DNA of 64,000 bases from the human T2T-CHM13v2.0 reference genome, Homo sapiens (GCF_009914755.1 NC_060927.1), one strand, 5' to 3'; counted from the stretch's first letter, positions 27,120-42,389 are shown. Notes: a model not told the origin generated them from the letters alone. A program made the numbers and translations.

Positions 27120-29129
27120 CTGAATTATCCCTTCATGAAATAAGAAGTCCTTCAGTTAATGAATATGGGGTAGTTGTTCAAAGGACAAGTTTGATATTGA
27201 TAAAATTGTATGATTCCAGTAACTGAAATTTTCTTTCTCTCAAACCAGTCTTCCATCAGATGTACATCCTCAGTGGTCATTTACACTGCACGTAACAACT
27301 TGGATCAAAAGAAACATCCTTTGTGATCTTTCAAAGTAGATGAGGAATTAAGAATTGCGTTCAGACATTTAATTGCTTCCAGAGATGACCAAAACTATGC
27401 TGAAAAAGCAAGGTCCCAGTGCCCAAAATAGGTCTTACATTCCACAAACATTTGTCACAAGTGGATAACCCCAAGCCATCTTCATTCGTCTAACCATGGG
27501 CTACATGTGCCTGAAGAACTGCTGCAGATTTCAGTCTCTCCACATGCCTGACCAAATCTCACATCATTAATTGTAATGAATATTCAAACAAAAATCAAAT
27601 TAAATCATCCCACACCTCCCCTAAAATGCCTATTTTAATAATGATAGCCATCAGAATTAAGTCAGGAGAGAAGCTACTCTTGGTCCAACCAGAAAATTTT
27701 GCTGGGAATTCACACTGCTCACTGTGGAGAATGAACCGAGGGCCTCCTAAAATTTTGGTGTCTTTTCATTTACACTATATTTCCTATTGATCAATCTATT
27801 CAGTGAACTTCCCAGAGCAGAAAATAATTAAGCTAAATATAAAGTTATGACAAATAGCTAATATTTCTCCTGAACAGTTTCCTACTGATTCTCTGAAAAA
27901 GAGGCATGTAGAAATTAGTGTATATTATCTTTTTATCCATTCCTTTATGTTTACCCAGAACATAAAATTAGGTTTCCAGTAAGACAACCCAAGTTATGTC
28001 ATTTCATGTCAGTTTTTGATCTGGTTTTTCTTTAAAACATTGTGCAGAGATTTTTCAATAACCTGTTCTTGCTAAGTGAGTTTCCCCCTTTCAAGTATGT
28101 CCTCGTCAAAGACCATTCTTTTAAAAACCTTTGGAAAATATTTACTATTTTACTTTTTTCTTACTTACAATACAGTTGTAACCTTAAAATAGTTTGTTTG
28201 ATGTCAGTTTTTAAAGGATCACAGATTATACTAGAGATTTTCATAAATGCAGGAATTTGGAGAGTATTTCTCCATTATTGTCCATGTGTATATATCAACC
28301 CTAATTCACCAGTGGAACTGGAGGTCATTATTTCTGAATTTGCACATTAAAAATAACATCCACCCATAAGGGAATATCTTTAAACCACAAATGCCAGAAA
28401 TAACAATTGTATTAAACTGCATTTCATGAATACATAATAAAGTTCAATTTACCACTATTTATCATGTTACTTAAATTAAATCTATAATGGAAAAGAGATT
28501 TAGTTATGTTTTTAAAACAACAAAGTCCTTTATGCCAATTGCACAGGATCTATACTAGCTCCAATGCATCCATGTCAATTTATTTATTTTTTGCTTAATT
28601 ACTATCGCTTTCTATTGTTGAGATCCTAGGAGACAATTCACATCCTTTCATGTATTTTTGAAAGCTTAAAGAGACATATACACATATAATTATATTTAAA
28701 ATTACTATAATTTTAGTTATATTGATTTATAAAATCTGAGACTTTTAAAAAGTGGTATTTTAACTCATACATATATTCTCACCCCCTCATAAATCCTCCA
28801 ATTTATATTTGTATACTTCACTGGAGTTTTGACAGTTACCTGAAGTTGCTAGAAAAAGTCACTGTGGAGGCAGACAGAGGTATTTTCAGAAGTAATATTT
28901 GTGTTGTACCCACACACATTCATACGTAGAGAATTAAGGAAATCAGCCAAAAATCCCAGATTAACAGATACCCATTTTCAACAACCTGCACATCTTGGCA
29001 GAAGGAGAAGGCAAAAGAATGCTGGACGGCCTTGAATAATCAAGATATTAGATATTGCTGAAGAAAAAAAGAATTCACTGCTAATCCTACATTGAATTCA
29101 TTAATACCCTTTATGTGGGTTTGTCCAAT

Positions 29130-30440
29130 AGTTTTAACATGGGCAAACCTGTCTCATTATGTCTCCAACTTAGTAAATGGCTCCATTATCTAACCACCAG
29201 GACCAGAAATCTGGGAATGTTCTAGATGACTTCCAGTTTCTCTCCTCCTACAATCAGTCACCAGGACAAGACCCCTGCATTCTATTCCACAGCATTTCTT
29301 CAATCCATCCTCTCCCTGGCTAAGCCCACTCTGCAACTGCCTAAATTCCAGCTCTCTTGGTATCTCTCCTGGGCTACCTCATTGGTTTCCTAGCTTATTT
29401 TCCAAGTGCCAAGCTGGCTCCTTTCTAACTCTTTCTCCATTTTGCTGCCTGAATGCTCATTCTTAAATATATCTGATATTGCTACTCTCTAGCTTAAAAC
29501 TCATCACTGACTAGAAAAAGGACAAACATTTTATTATAGCTTACAAGGTCCTCTATGATCTTGCTCTTGCCTTGTCACCAGCTTTATCTCCAACCAAATT
29601 TTCCTCCAAACAACCCCAAGCCTTGACAAAGATTGGTCACATCTACCAAACTCTAGACGGCCTCTTCTGAATCCTCTTCCCAACCAGGCCCTGACTTTTG
29701 GGCTCTGTGTTTTTCTCTGCCTTGTCCAATTATAGCAAGAATCCTGCTAAGTCAGTAAGCAGAAGCCCCCATCCTCAATAGCTGATCACCCCATCCCCCA
29801 GGTGATGTCTGATTACCATGGCCATCTTCAGCAATAATCTTGTTAGGTTGATTTAGCCAGAATCCTTCTTACCCCTGATGTTTCTTGTTAGTCATTTTCC
29901 ATCCACTGATCTCTCTCCCCTGCTCCTTTGCTATAAATTCCCACTCTTCCTTGTTGTATTCAGAGTTGAGCCCAATATCTCTCCCCTGCTGCCATATCAC
30001 ACTACAGTGGTCCCTACACCTATCACAACTGTCCTAAATAAAATCTGCCTTACCATCTTTAACAAGTGTCATGAATTTTTTCATTAACAGCCTCACCAAC
30101 CTATGAGCCACTGGCCCTAGTGCAGTCCTTCCCAAATGTTCTCCCTCTATGTGCCCACACTTTGCATTTATGAGGACTCAGCTTAAGTCTGACACCGCCC
30201 AAAATCTTTCCTAGTTCCCCTCTTGCCCAAAGTAAAACAGAACCCTCTTCATTCCACTGACTTTCCATGCATATTTCTAACCTAATATCTGGTAAAATAT
30301 AATGTGCTCATTTGCTTTACATGTCTTTTCCTTCTTGTGTGGAATTCTTTGCGGATTGGGGTTGTGTTTTATTTATCATTCTATCCTCTACACCTGGCAT
30401 ATTTCATGGCATACAGTAAAGGTTTAATCAACAATTGTTT
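29130..30440 (+). mobile_element. L2 fragment interrupted by a MER31 LTR
   Basis: L2 motifs (ccagaaatctgggaat, gcttaaaactc, cacctggcatat...gcatacagta) on both sides of the LTR. Confidence 0.6.
29624..30089 (+). mobile_element. MER31-like ERV1 solo LTR
   Basis: TG...CA termini (tgacaaag...ttaaca). 4-bp TSD gcct at 29620-29623 and 30090-30093. Contains TATA-like ctataaat, aataaa and repeated aagaatcctgctaag blocks. Confidence 0.85.
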
Positions 30441-31014
30441 TACAAATTCAAGGGAACCTAGGATATATGTTTATTCATGACTTCAAGGACCCCTCATGCT
30501 AAGGCAGAAATCTTTTCTGGTAGTAACAGGCTAACTTTTGTGGAATACCCTCCAGCACCCCTAAAGTACATTTTCTAATGAAGATCATATCTAAAACCCC
30601 AACGCAAATGCATTTCCTTTGGTGGCATTTAATGACCACCTTTTTGCTGTTGCATATCTTGAAAATGTACAGTTACTACTCAGTACTTATCAGGTGGTAG
30701 GTTTATCACCAGAGCTGTGCTCAAAAAATTCTTGAAGAAATAGCTTCCCAGCAGCTAACTTCTCCAAAGTCTCCTTTAAATATCAAATGAAGCTGGCTGA
30801 CGGCGGCACTTCCACTGACACTCGCTGCTTCAAATGGACGCTGCAGCTGACAGTCATCGCTACTGACAGGAGTCTGGAACTGTCCATAGAAGACACCGAT
30901 GGTTTACATAAGGCCAGAGAGAACTTTCCCTTTCACAACAGCTGTGTGACACATCAGAAGTCCCCTTAACAGATTAGAAAGCTTAGGCACAGTGCACAGA
31001 GAAAACTCACTCAC

Positions 31015-31153
31015 CGAAGCTCTGCCATGATCAGATTAAGACAGGGAAGGCAAGCTTAGAATACAGCACCCATAGTTTTTAAATCCACAAACAAAATATC
31101 TGTTATATGAATAGAAGTGTACATTGGAAGATAATCAAGCCAAATATTTCAAT
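31015..31153 (-). other. Candidate exon carrying a Kozak-context ATG and a consensus donor
   Basis: Minus strand reads atcATGGCAGAGCTTCG|GTGAGT (ATG at 31028-31026, GT at 31014-31013). Possible acceptor gttcatatttccag| at 31155-31154. Confidence 0.3.
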
Positions 31154-33460
31154 CTGGAAATATGAACATCATAACCATGGTGGTACAAAGCTTAGAAATA
31201 AATAAAATTAAAATTGCCCTTGGAAAGAATGGTTCTCATCACATGCCCAAGAGAAAGAAGAATAAGCAAAGATAATAGTAGAGAAACTATATTTGGATTA
31301 CACTGTACTCCGAGCCAAACAGAGAAGGAAAATCCTAAACTAAGTATTTCTCATCTCAGAGTCCACATTTTACCAAAATATAAAGCAAGAAATTACTACA
31401 TAATGTATGCTTGGTCAGACTAGTTTTTAAATCAGCATAACTTAGACTTTTCTTCTAAATGGAACAAGCAGAAAGCCAGACTTTCTTGAGAACAGGAAAA
31501 TGTATTCAAATCTAAAAAATATAATCTAAAAGAGAAAACACTGAGATAAACTATCCTCTTACAGTTCAGAATATGCACATGAATTTGGTATAGAGTTGAA
31601 CACATTAGCTGTAAACGCTACCCAGTTTATATTAAGCAGTGTATCTTCTTCCTCAAAATAAGTACTCAGCAGGCTACTTTCTCACCTCAAAGGTGAAACT
31701 CAATGGCAGGCTTCCAGATAGCTTTGACATGAACGTGTATATCAGAAAAGTAGAGAAATACCACTATAATCATGTTTAATCTTTTAAAGCTGTGATTGAG
31801 AAGTGGCATTTGGGCAGGATTTAAACTTGGCTTTGTCTGTGGCAAATATTAAGCCCACTCCAGTTCTCTCCTAGCCTTATTTTTTTCTCATTAGTTAGAT
31901 GTCACATAGGAAATGAAATTATTATAAACATATTTAACTTGTTTAAATAACTTTAAAAACATAACTTATAATCGGTGGGTTTCAAAATTCAATAAATCCT
32001 CTCACTTATTAGTTACAGAATATAGTTGCATTTAACCTAATAAACTTAAAGACATGGCTTTAAGGAATATTCTTTCTTGGCAAGAATTAAATTGGCTTGG
32101 CTAATTTACATTGTTTTAAATTTAGAGAGAATTGTGTACTGACTCATGATTACAATACATAAAACATTTCCATGAAATGGTCTGAATTAACCTCCTCGCT
32201 ATTTATATAAACAGCATATAACATTGCATGCACTGCAGTCTACTAGATGGGAATTTTTTAAATCAGTAAATTATACTTGTAATATAATCTCTAGCAAAAT
32301 ATGAGAATAAGAAAAGCTTAGTATTGCATTATGTTTTAAGTGATAGAAACTCATTGTCTCTGTGTGTTTAAATATACCAAAAGTAGTTGTGTCTAAAGTT
32401 AATGCAAAATGATATGGTATTTGAGTGTATATTTATAAAGCTTATATAATAAAATCAAAGGCTGCCAAAGTATAGATAAAGTGATGACTGCCAAATCAGT
32501 TCATAGATAATTAATGTATGAGTTGGGCCCCAAATCTTCCTGAGCTTATTGCTTAAAAGGGTATCTAATGATAACATTCATGCTAAAGACCATTATGAAG
32601 ACTTAGGACAAGTATATAATTTTCACCTGTCAATTAGGAACTACATTCTAACACTGTTGCTAGTCATTTTCTATGTAATCATGAAGAAACTACATCAACT
32701 CAAAATAAGACAAAAACATTGAAGATTAAATTTGTCAAAATCACAACAAAAAAGTTTTGAAGAAAACAGGTATATAAAAGTGGCCAAGGAAAAACACTAA
32801 AAGGATCAATTACTATGATTCTTTAAGCAAACTATTGGTAGTAAAATGACAATTTGACTTTAAAATCTATTTATAGCCACAGGAAAAGCATCAAAGGGAG
32901 CTTTTAAGCTAACTATGTGTTTTGTTTTACAAATCTATATTGTATCTTAAAGTGGAATTTTTAATACCTAGGTTATTTGATGATTTATGTACTCTACACC
33001 CCAAATCCCCTTTTCTACTGCAGATAGCTTCAACAAAAACATTATTTTCAGTCACTGAAATGTTTGGCTCATAGCGTTCCAAAAATAACTGGATCAAAAC
33101 AAAGCATTTAGTTTTACTTTCAAATTTATTTCTCCTTAATCTTCCCCCATCTAAGGAAATGGTATCACCACCCACCCATCTTATAAGCCAAACATTTAGG
33201 AATCACACTTGGGTCAGTTTTCCCTCACTTCCCAAATTCCAATCCATTGCCAAGCCCCACCTCCAAGATGTACCCTGGATATCACTGCGCGGGCCTCTAG
33301 CCCCAGCCCCCATCGCCGCTGCCTGGAGCACTGCAGTGGTGTCCTCTTTGTTCTCCTTTCTTGCTCCATTGCCCCATTGCTGTCCATTCTCCAAACGGCA
33401 AAGTGAACTTGGCTAAAAGTACGTTGAACATGGTTCCTCTGCTTAAAATCTTCCAGTGAC

Positions 33461-34078
<618 letters not shown>

Positions 34079-34427
34079 TTGATGAGTTCATGTCCTTTGT
34101 AGGGACATGGATGAAGCTGGAAATCATCATTCTCAGTAAACTATCGCAAGAACAAAAAACCAAACACCGCATATTCTCGCTCATAGGTGGGAATTGAACA
34201 ATGAGAACACATGGACACAGGAAGGGGAACATCACACACCGGGGACTGTTGTGGGGCGGGGGCAGGGGGGAGGGATAGCTTTAGGAGATATACCTAATGC
34301 TAAATGACGAGTTAATGGGTGCAGCACACCAGCATGGCACATGTATACATGTGTAACTAACCTGCACATTGTGCACATGTACCCTAAAACTTAAAGTATA
34401 ATAATAATAAAAAAAAGAGAAAAAAAA
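34079..34427 (+). mobile_element. 5'-truncated young L1PA (L1PA2/3-like) 3' end
   Basis: Encodes the ORF2p C-terminus [39 protein letters not shown]-rich 3'UTR, ending ...ccctaaaacttaaagtataataat plus A-tail. Confidence 0.95.
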
Positions 34428-34767
34428 TCACAAATAATTGGGAAAAAAATCCTCCAGTGACTTTATATTTCACTAAAAATCTAAACTCTTACCGTGGTCC
34501 ACCTATCCTGACATTCCAGCCACACTGGCTTCTTTCATTTCCTCCAATAGTCCATGTTCATTCCCACTTCATGGCACGTTCTTGAATGTGATCTGTTCTC
34601 AGCTTGTCCCCTCAGCCCCAGGTCTTCAATGGCTGGCTCCTTTCTAACATCTCCTCTACTGCCCTACCCTAAGGAATGCCCAACCACCTGCCCCATCACT
34701 CGCCATCACATCACCATCTTTGACATTCTTCCTTGCACATTTCCCCCCTTTAGAATGCCAGAGACAA

Positions 34768-35134
<367 letters not shown>

Positions 35135-35674
35135 CTAGGACAGGGTAGGTACTTAAAAAAATACTTGTCAAATGAACAATTGCTATGGAGTTTTATAATT
35201 CACCATTTTAGGTGATATTAGTCCGGACCAGATCCAGTTACTTTAGAAGCAGAAATATCAGTAGAACAAGAACAAGATGCCTGATACCATTAAACACATC
35301 TCAAGTTTTGCCTAATGATGGACATCCACAGGGTCGAATTTGCTGTAGGTTTAAGTGATGTGTCAGCTTTTTCTGGTTTGTTCTCCTATTTTCTAATTCT
35401 TTTCTCACTAAAACAAAAACAATACTTCTTTGGCAGTATTCTTCCATAGGAAGTAAAAAAAATGTAAAATAACAATATGTTCCAGATATCTCCATGGTTT
35501 CACTTTTCATTGCAAACAAAAATAAAAATAATTGTACCATAACTACTTAGAAGATAAAATAATCTAAAATTTCTTTAATTAAGTAATTAAAAAGAAACCT
35601 AAACAAACTAACTTTAACAATGATATTTTAATGTGCTCACACTTCCAAAGAATATTGACTGAAAATAGTAATAA

Positions 35675-35920
35675 CTGTAATAGCTAACATTTATTAAGCT
35701 TTTCTCTGTGCCAGGTACTATCGTAAGCATATTTCTTGTTTTAAATCATTTAGTTATCACAAAAACTCTCTATGATTAATACTATTTTCATTTTATATAT
35801 AAGAAAACTGAAGCACATAGAGTTTTAAGTAACTTGCTCAAAGCCACACGGTTAATAAATGTGACAAGAATCCAAATCCAGGGATCCAGATGCCAGAGTT
35901 TACGCTCTTACACTGCACAC
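35675..35920 (-). mobile_element. MIR
   Basis: aatagctaacatttattaagc...gtgccagg...aagaaaactgaagcacatag...aagtaacttgctcaaagccacac. Confidence 0.8.
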
Positions 35921-37140
35921 TATACAGCTTCATTAGGTTAGAGATACCACATTATATTAGAGATAACATGTATAAAATTTCTATTACAAAGTCTAGAACC
36001 TAACAGATACTTGATGCCTGGTAGATGGTATTCTTAGCAATAATTTCCATAGCATCTGAGATGAAATTCAGGGGACACTAGCTCCTATCAGGGTACAGCC
36101 TCAGGTCTTTGATGCTAAGCTTGTTAAGAAAAACTTATCAGAGCTGAAGTCAGGCTGTTGGCCTGGGCTCAAGAACTCAGAGGTCAAGATTTAGGAAGAA
36201 ATCGAGGCAGCAAACAAGAATGTAAATGAGAAAGGTAATTGATGAGAATCACATTGTCAAATCAACATCAGGTACACTATGGAATGAGGCTTGATAGAAA
36301 AAGTCAAGCTCAGGCACAATATAAATCAGAGTGTAGGTGACAAAGAAAACAGCAGGCTGAAACCAATGATATCAGAGATGCAGAATAAGACCAGAGAAAG
36401 TAGAACCATGGGCCGTTATGCCTATTGGCCACTGAGGGAATCCTTCCACACCTCACTCTGGTTCACACACTAACCTCATCTTCTCAGAACTCTCTACCTC
36501 CCGCCAGGTTCTGACAACTCTATTTTATAAGTAGAAGAAACTCATTTATGTACGTAGATAATGTCCTAACTTTCCAGAGGCCTCACTTATAATCAGTGAT
36601 AGAAATCGAATGTATTCTTTGCTGCTTTTCTAAAATCAAAGATGAAACTATCCCAATACTAAGAGAAATCATATCTTCTGTTCTTGCTTCCTTATCTTCC
36701 TTTCTTATTGGAAGATAAGCTTTAGGAAAAGAATGGAAGGGGAAAAGCCAGGAACAGGATGGATATTTTTCAGTGTTGTCTCAATCTTGATGATTGGTTG
36801 CTGAGGGGACTTTTTCCTCTCATCAGCCATGTCTCCACTATGTCTGGATAGTCCCAAGCAGAGAAAGTGACTTTTCCTAATGCTTTGGAAGAGCCAGGAA
36901 CATTCCATGAGCTTCCAGGTATATTTTTAGTCAGGAGTCAGAAGTACGACCCAGAAAATAAGTCTTTACTAAGTACAATCTGACTTTATGTCAAAAGCAT
37001 AAAATATATATGTAATTTTAGTATAAAAAATGAAAAACAGTTTTCACCTAAATAGTGCCATTTTAAACATTGTCCAAAAGCCATTCCCTGGGTGAAGAAT
37101 TGTAAAAAGATTTACTGGAAGCAACAAATGTCTTCTAGCC

Positions 37141-37306
37141 TTTAAAAAAAAATTTATTGCTATATCATGGTTTTACATATTTTGGGAGTATGTGTGATAT
37201 TTTAATACATATATACAATGCATAATGATCAAATCAGAGTAATTGGGATATCCACTACCTCAAATATTTATGTTTTCTTTGTGTTGGGAACATTACAATT
37301 CTCTCT
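37141..37306 (-). mobile_element. L1MA-type 3' end fragment
   Basis: atacaatgcataatgatcaaatcagagtaattgggatatcca...tgtgttgggaacattac. Confidence 0.8.
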
Positions 37307-37753
37307 TGATTTACTTCTTATATTCCATTATTTACAAAGTCTCTGTGAAACTAAGAACATGAAATCATTTCTAGGTTAGATCTGAAGAGAAGAAGACATA
37401 GAAAGCTCTTCCTTTTAAACTGGGGTGGGGGCAAGAAGGGAGTCAAAGATGTTACTGAAGTAATAATGCATCTGAGCAATATAGGGATTTTCTGAGTGAT
37501 GAGTCTAATGTTGTATTTTTTCTTAACTTCTTCTGGAATAAGTTTCCAATTTATTAGAGTCCCATCTGTAAAGTAATAGAAATTATCTACTTATAGGCAC
37601 CAAGAGAAGGAACTTTCCTGGTATGGCAATCTGGTACCTCATTATTTGGTGAAAAATGTCTACACATTCAGAATTATGAATGTCACCAATACGTCTAGAA
37701 TAAGCATTTGTCACTCATTAATATTCATATTGCTGAAACAAAACAGTTCATAC

Positions 37754-37770
37754 CGTAGCTGCTCATAAAT
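37754..37770 (-). other. Candidate 17-nt microexon
   Basis: ttcccttttcttttcccctatttctgccag|ATTTATGAGCAGCTACG|gtatga on the minus strand, preceded by a long pyrimidine tract. Confidence 0.2.
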
Positions 37771-38275
37771 CTGGCAGAAATAGGGGAAAAGAAAAGGGAA
37801 TGGGAAGAGATAAAGAAAGAAAGAGCTCAGGGATAGATTGAACACAAGAGGGGACTCCATTCATTCAGTCTAACATCTGCTCAGCCTGAAGTGGAACCAC
37901 CTGTTAGTTTATTAAATTGTAGGATTAATTTATGTGGAAATAAGAGAGGAGGGAGAAAGGAGTCTTTAATTCATACTCCCTCCAAAAAAAATCTTCTATT
38001 TATTCCCATCTTTTAAAAGAGCCTTTTATGAACAGTAATTGGTGCCATGAATACCTAGCCCCATTATATAATTAATTTAAGAAATGAAATGTGTTTCATA
38101 ACTGTTATGTAGGCACATTGCCTATAATGTTTTTGTTGGCCATTTCTTCTGTCATCCTTAAAGAAAAGACCACTGGTACCTCCCTTAGCAATTCCACAAC
38201 AATAGTAGCAGCAGCAGCAAAATGAGCAAGGCTAAAAATCTATACGGATGTGAGCAACACCAAGGAAGATCTTAC

Positions 38276-38350
38276 CTTCCATGTATTCCCGTTTGTGGGG
38301 GATATTTTAATGTCTCCTCAGCAGAACAGATGAGAATAATACAGCTGTAG
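38276..38350 (-). other. Candidate 75-nt exon
   Basis: ggtttcttatgaccctgtag| ... GGAAG|gtaaga on the minus strand. Confidence 0.25.
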
Positions 38351-40664
38351 CTACAGGGTCATAAGAAACCCAGCTCTGAGTAATGCAGAAGTCCCCATTA
38401 ACCTCTCTGCCTCCTTTAATGAAAGACATGCTGCATTGCTTCCTCCAATATTCTCAAATCTCAGGATCTCAAATTTGCTGAATTAAAGTGGTGGATATTA
38501 TATCTACGGTTGATTTCCCCCTAAGTTTGCCAAGAATGTCAGATGATCATCAAGAAGCATAAATATGAAAGGAGATTAGAAAAACTATACAAACTTTTAT
38601 ATGAATGTAGATAGATATTTCCTGGTATCTCTCATATGTCAACGTGTCATCTTTTTATAACTTGTGGACTGGTTGTCTAAGTTGATCACAATTACCTAGG
38701 GCACTGTATATGACAGCCTCTCCCAAGATTTGATTACCAGCCACAATCATCTAAAATTTTCTCTTAAGAGGTGGGGGCAGGAAGGATTTCTTAAGGAGCT
38801 GTATTTTACTGTTTATTCAAACAACTAATGCTGTCCTTTTCTAAAGATTATTTCTTTCATGTAGCCTAGACCTTATGAGATAACTTCTTTAAGCAGTTCT
38901 TTTTGTATGATTAAGGTTCATAAACTTCCTTGGGTAAAAATGAGAAGAGATTATTTTAAGTCTCATCCTTTTTGTCTCTTGAAAAAGTCACCTAAAAAAT
39001 TGAGGCCAACCTTCCATAAAGCTGTTATAAAAGGCAGTGGAGAAGCCAGCTTTCTCTAGGGACTTATCCAATTACACGAACTGCGTGGTCTTACCCTAAG
39101 AGACAGGAGAATTCAAAATTGTGTTTTTCTGATTGTGGCAGAGAGTGTAAAGGGAGAAATCTAAGAAATTCAATTATCTCCCTAGGTGTCACTCAGCTTT
39201 GGGACTAATATAATTGGCTATAAATAATATGAGCACATATCAGGCAGAACCTCTGCGGGTTTCATTACAAATACCCTTGTCACTGAGTTGCTAACAACTG
39301 GGCTTGCCATGTGGGTGAGTGGGGGTTGCAACTGCAAAGAGATTACTTTGCCAACCACTGGTTTTCCTCATTTTCATGGTCTTCTTTACATATTTTAATT
39401 AATGTCCCAAATGTAACATTTTAAGTATGTATTGCCTTTTCAGCACACACCAAAATGACCTTTTAAAGTAACTGTTTAAAATCCAAGGCAATGTTTGATT
39501 ACCAACTCAGTACTCCATAGCATAACGTTTCTCTTTTTCATGCTCCTGAAATTTAATGGAGTTGTGCAATAGCAGGGGATATGAGTATGAATGGTTAATG
39601 TAACAGAATTCTCATTTTCAAAGCATTGTGCTAGAGGCCCATTCTGACTGTCTGTGTGGGGATTTCCCTTGACCACATTCCAGTAAAGACTTCCTAGCTG
39701 TGAAAAGGGGAAAACTTTGGCTCTCTACTTTATTGATAGCACACAGTAGGCAATTAATACAATTTGCTATTTTTATCCTAATTAAGCCTGTGAAAACCAA
39801 AACATGTTGATAGAATGTTTGAACAGTGCCACGAAGGATGAGGGTTTTGTAACCATGCCCACATGGATGGGCAAGCCCATATGTATTTTGAAGTCACCAG
39901 TGTTCCAAAGGGTTTTTCAAATGTTTTGAGTTTAACCAAACCCTAAACACATTGTGCCAAGTACTATTTTCCTTTAAATTTCAAACCCATGTGAATTTTA
40001 AGGGAAATTAAATCCACATGTTTCTGATTCGTTTTTACTTAAATCATTAAAATGCTGTTTTGGACGAGCCATTTGATTTCCAAGAAGCTTTCCTTCACAA
40101 ACTCCTTTATGCCTTTTTGGTGTGGGGTCAAAAACAGGAAGTCATACTTTGACAATGATAAATTAATTGTGACATCAAACAGTGCAAATCCAAACCCTAG
40201 CACTCTAACAATATTCAGCAGTTGACAGATTCATTTTCCTAATTTTATGTCAGGAAATGCTTGCATTTTTCCTTATTTTCCCAGCATAATTTAAGAAGCA
40301 AACTATCTCACCTACAACCACTAGGCTACAGAGAATCCATATCTGGAGTTTTACTGATTTTGCAAAATGAGGCAGCAGCATTATTTTGCAGCTCCATTCA
40401 ATGTAGACAGTCTTATCCAAGGAAAAGTTAGAAAATACACACAAATTCATCTTCCTTCATCCAGGTTTAACTATCCTGAGTAAGCTGTCTTATAAACGTC
40501 ATGCAAAACCTTAGAGGAAGTTACCTAGGATATGGCAAGGAAAATAGTCATCATATCGTGAGTCTCATCTCAATCTGACTCTTGATTTCATATTTCCCAT
40601 TAAGCCCCCTCTCCCCGAGTATTCCCTCTTAATTACCTTTTATTCCTTCCCATCACCTCTAACT

Positions 40665-40999
<335 letters not shown>

Positions 41000-42389
41000 T
41001 AACTTTAAACTTCACATGCCTTCCCCATCCTTTGGAAAAAAAGAAAAAGAAGAGAAACACTTGGCCTAGTAGCCTCCTCTAGCCATCTTCATGCATCATT
41101 CTTTTCTTCTACTCCCAAACTTATAAAACTTAATCTCACTAATCAGCTCTCCTTTCCACCACTGTCTTCTTAACATCTTACTGATAATGTCCAAATCTAT
41201 GTTTTTAGTGTCAATCTTGAATAGTTACCAAACAATCCCACTTGAATATTTTGCCAAACTTTACTTGATGAAAATTTATACAAAACTTATCCCCTACTGA
41301 TGAATTCCCCATTTCTATGAGTGTTACTGAGCTTGAAGCTACTTTGTCACATGTCTAGCCAGTAACCATTTGTTGGTAATTTGGTGCAATAATGCAACTT
41401 CATTCTCCCCATCCTTTTCATCTCCACCACTCAGCCCTTCACCACCTCTTAATTGTGCCTACTGAATGATCTGTTTGTCTCTAGTTTCCCTTCTGATTCC
41501 AGGCTATACTGGCCAACAGATTAATCTTTCTGAAATGCTTGTTGCTGATTTAACTCCCCTATTTGAGAAGGTCATGGTTCCCTGCTGCCAACAGAACAAA
41601 GTTTAAATGTCTTAACCTTGCATACTTAAAGTGGTTAAACACTCTGTATAATCTGATTATAACCTAAAGGTTTATGAATTCTCTCTTTAGGGTTAACTGA
41701 TCAACTAATTGTTCCCTGAACATAATTTGTCCTGTCTGCCACCTTCTGCCTTCCCTCCATTCTGCCCCTAAATCTTACCTATTCAATAAGATCCATTCAT
41801 CCTCATCCATGAGGCTTTCCCAGATTAGGCTTTCCCAGGAAAAATATTCTCCCCTCCTTTATATTCATAGTCCTATTTTCTCTATTATAATAATTTACCT
41901 GCCCATACTTTTCATAGTATTCTGAATTTGTTGTTCTTTTCACACAGTTATGTCTTATGTTCATAACTACACTTTAAATTTCTTGAAGACAGGGTCCATG
42001 TATTCCTGAGATGTTTCAATAACTGCTTTATTGAGTAGTCAGACTATTGACAGCAAAAAAATAGGCATCATCTTTAAAATTAAATAGTTACTTAGTTTCC
42101 AGTCTTTTAAGTATGCTAAGATGCTTTAGTGTTTGCCTTATATATACCTAAGTACCATAAACCTTTAACATCATATTTTAATACCATGATGTAATAAACT
42201 GATGAGAAAGAAAACTACTTCAATCACACCATAATGTGAAATGTTAATTACTAACAGGTGATTTCACTACATCTGAGAAGCACAGGCACACAGAAACATC
42301 TAAAGATGGAGGGAATTTATGTGATAAAACGGGACTATACAGGTCAGTGGCAGTCGTCCATATCTAACAATTTAATAGTTATCAATAAC

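Noticed and set aside
40373-40395. cagcagcatt resembling the miR-103/107 or miR-15 seed; likewise tatggctttt at ~10243 resembling miR-135
   Set aside because: The match ends after the seed region and there is no precursor hairpin.
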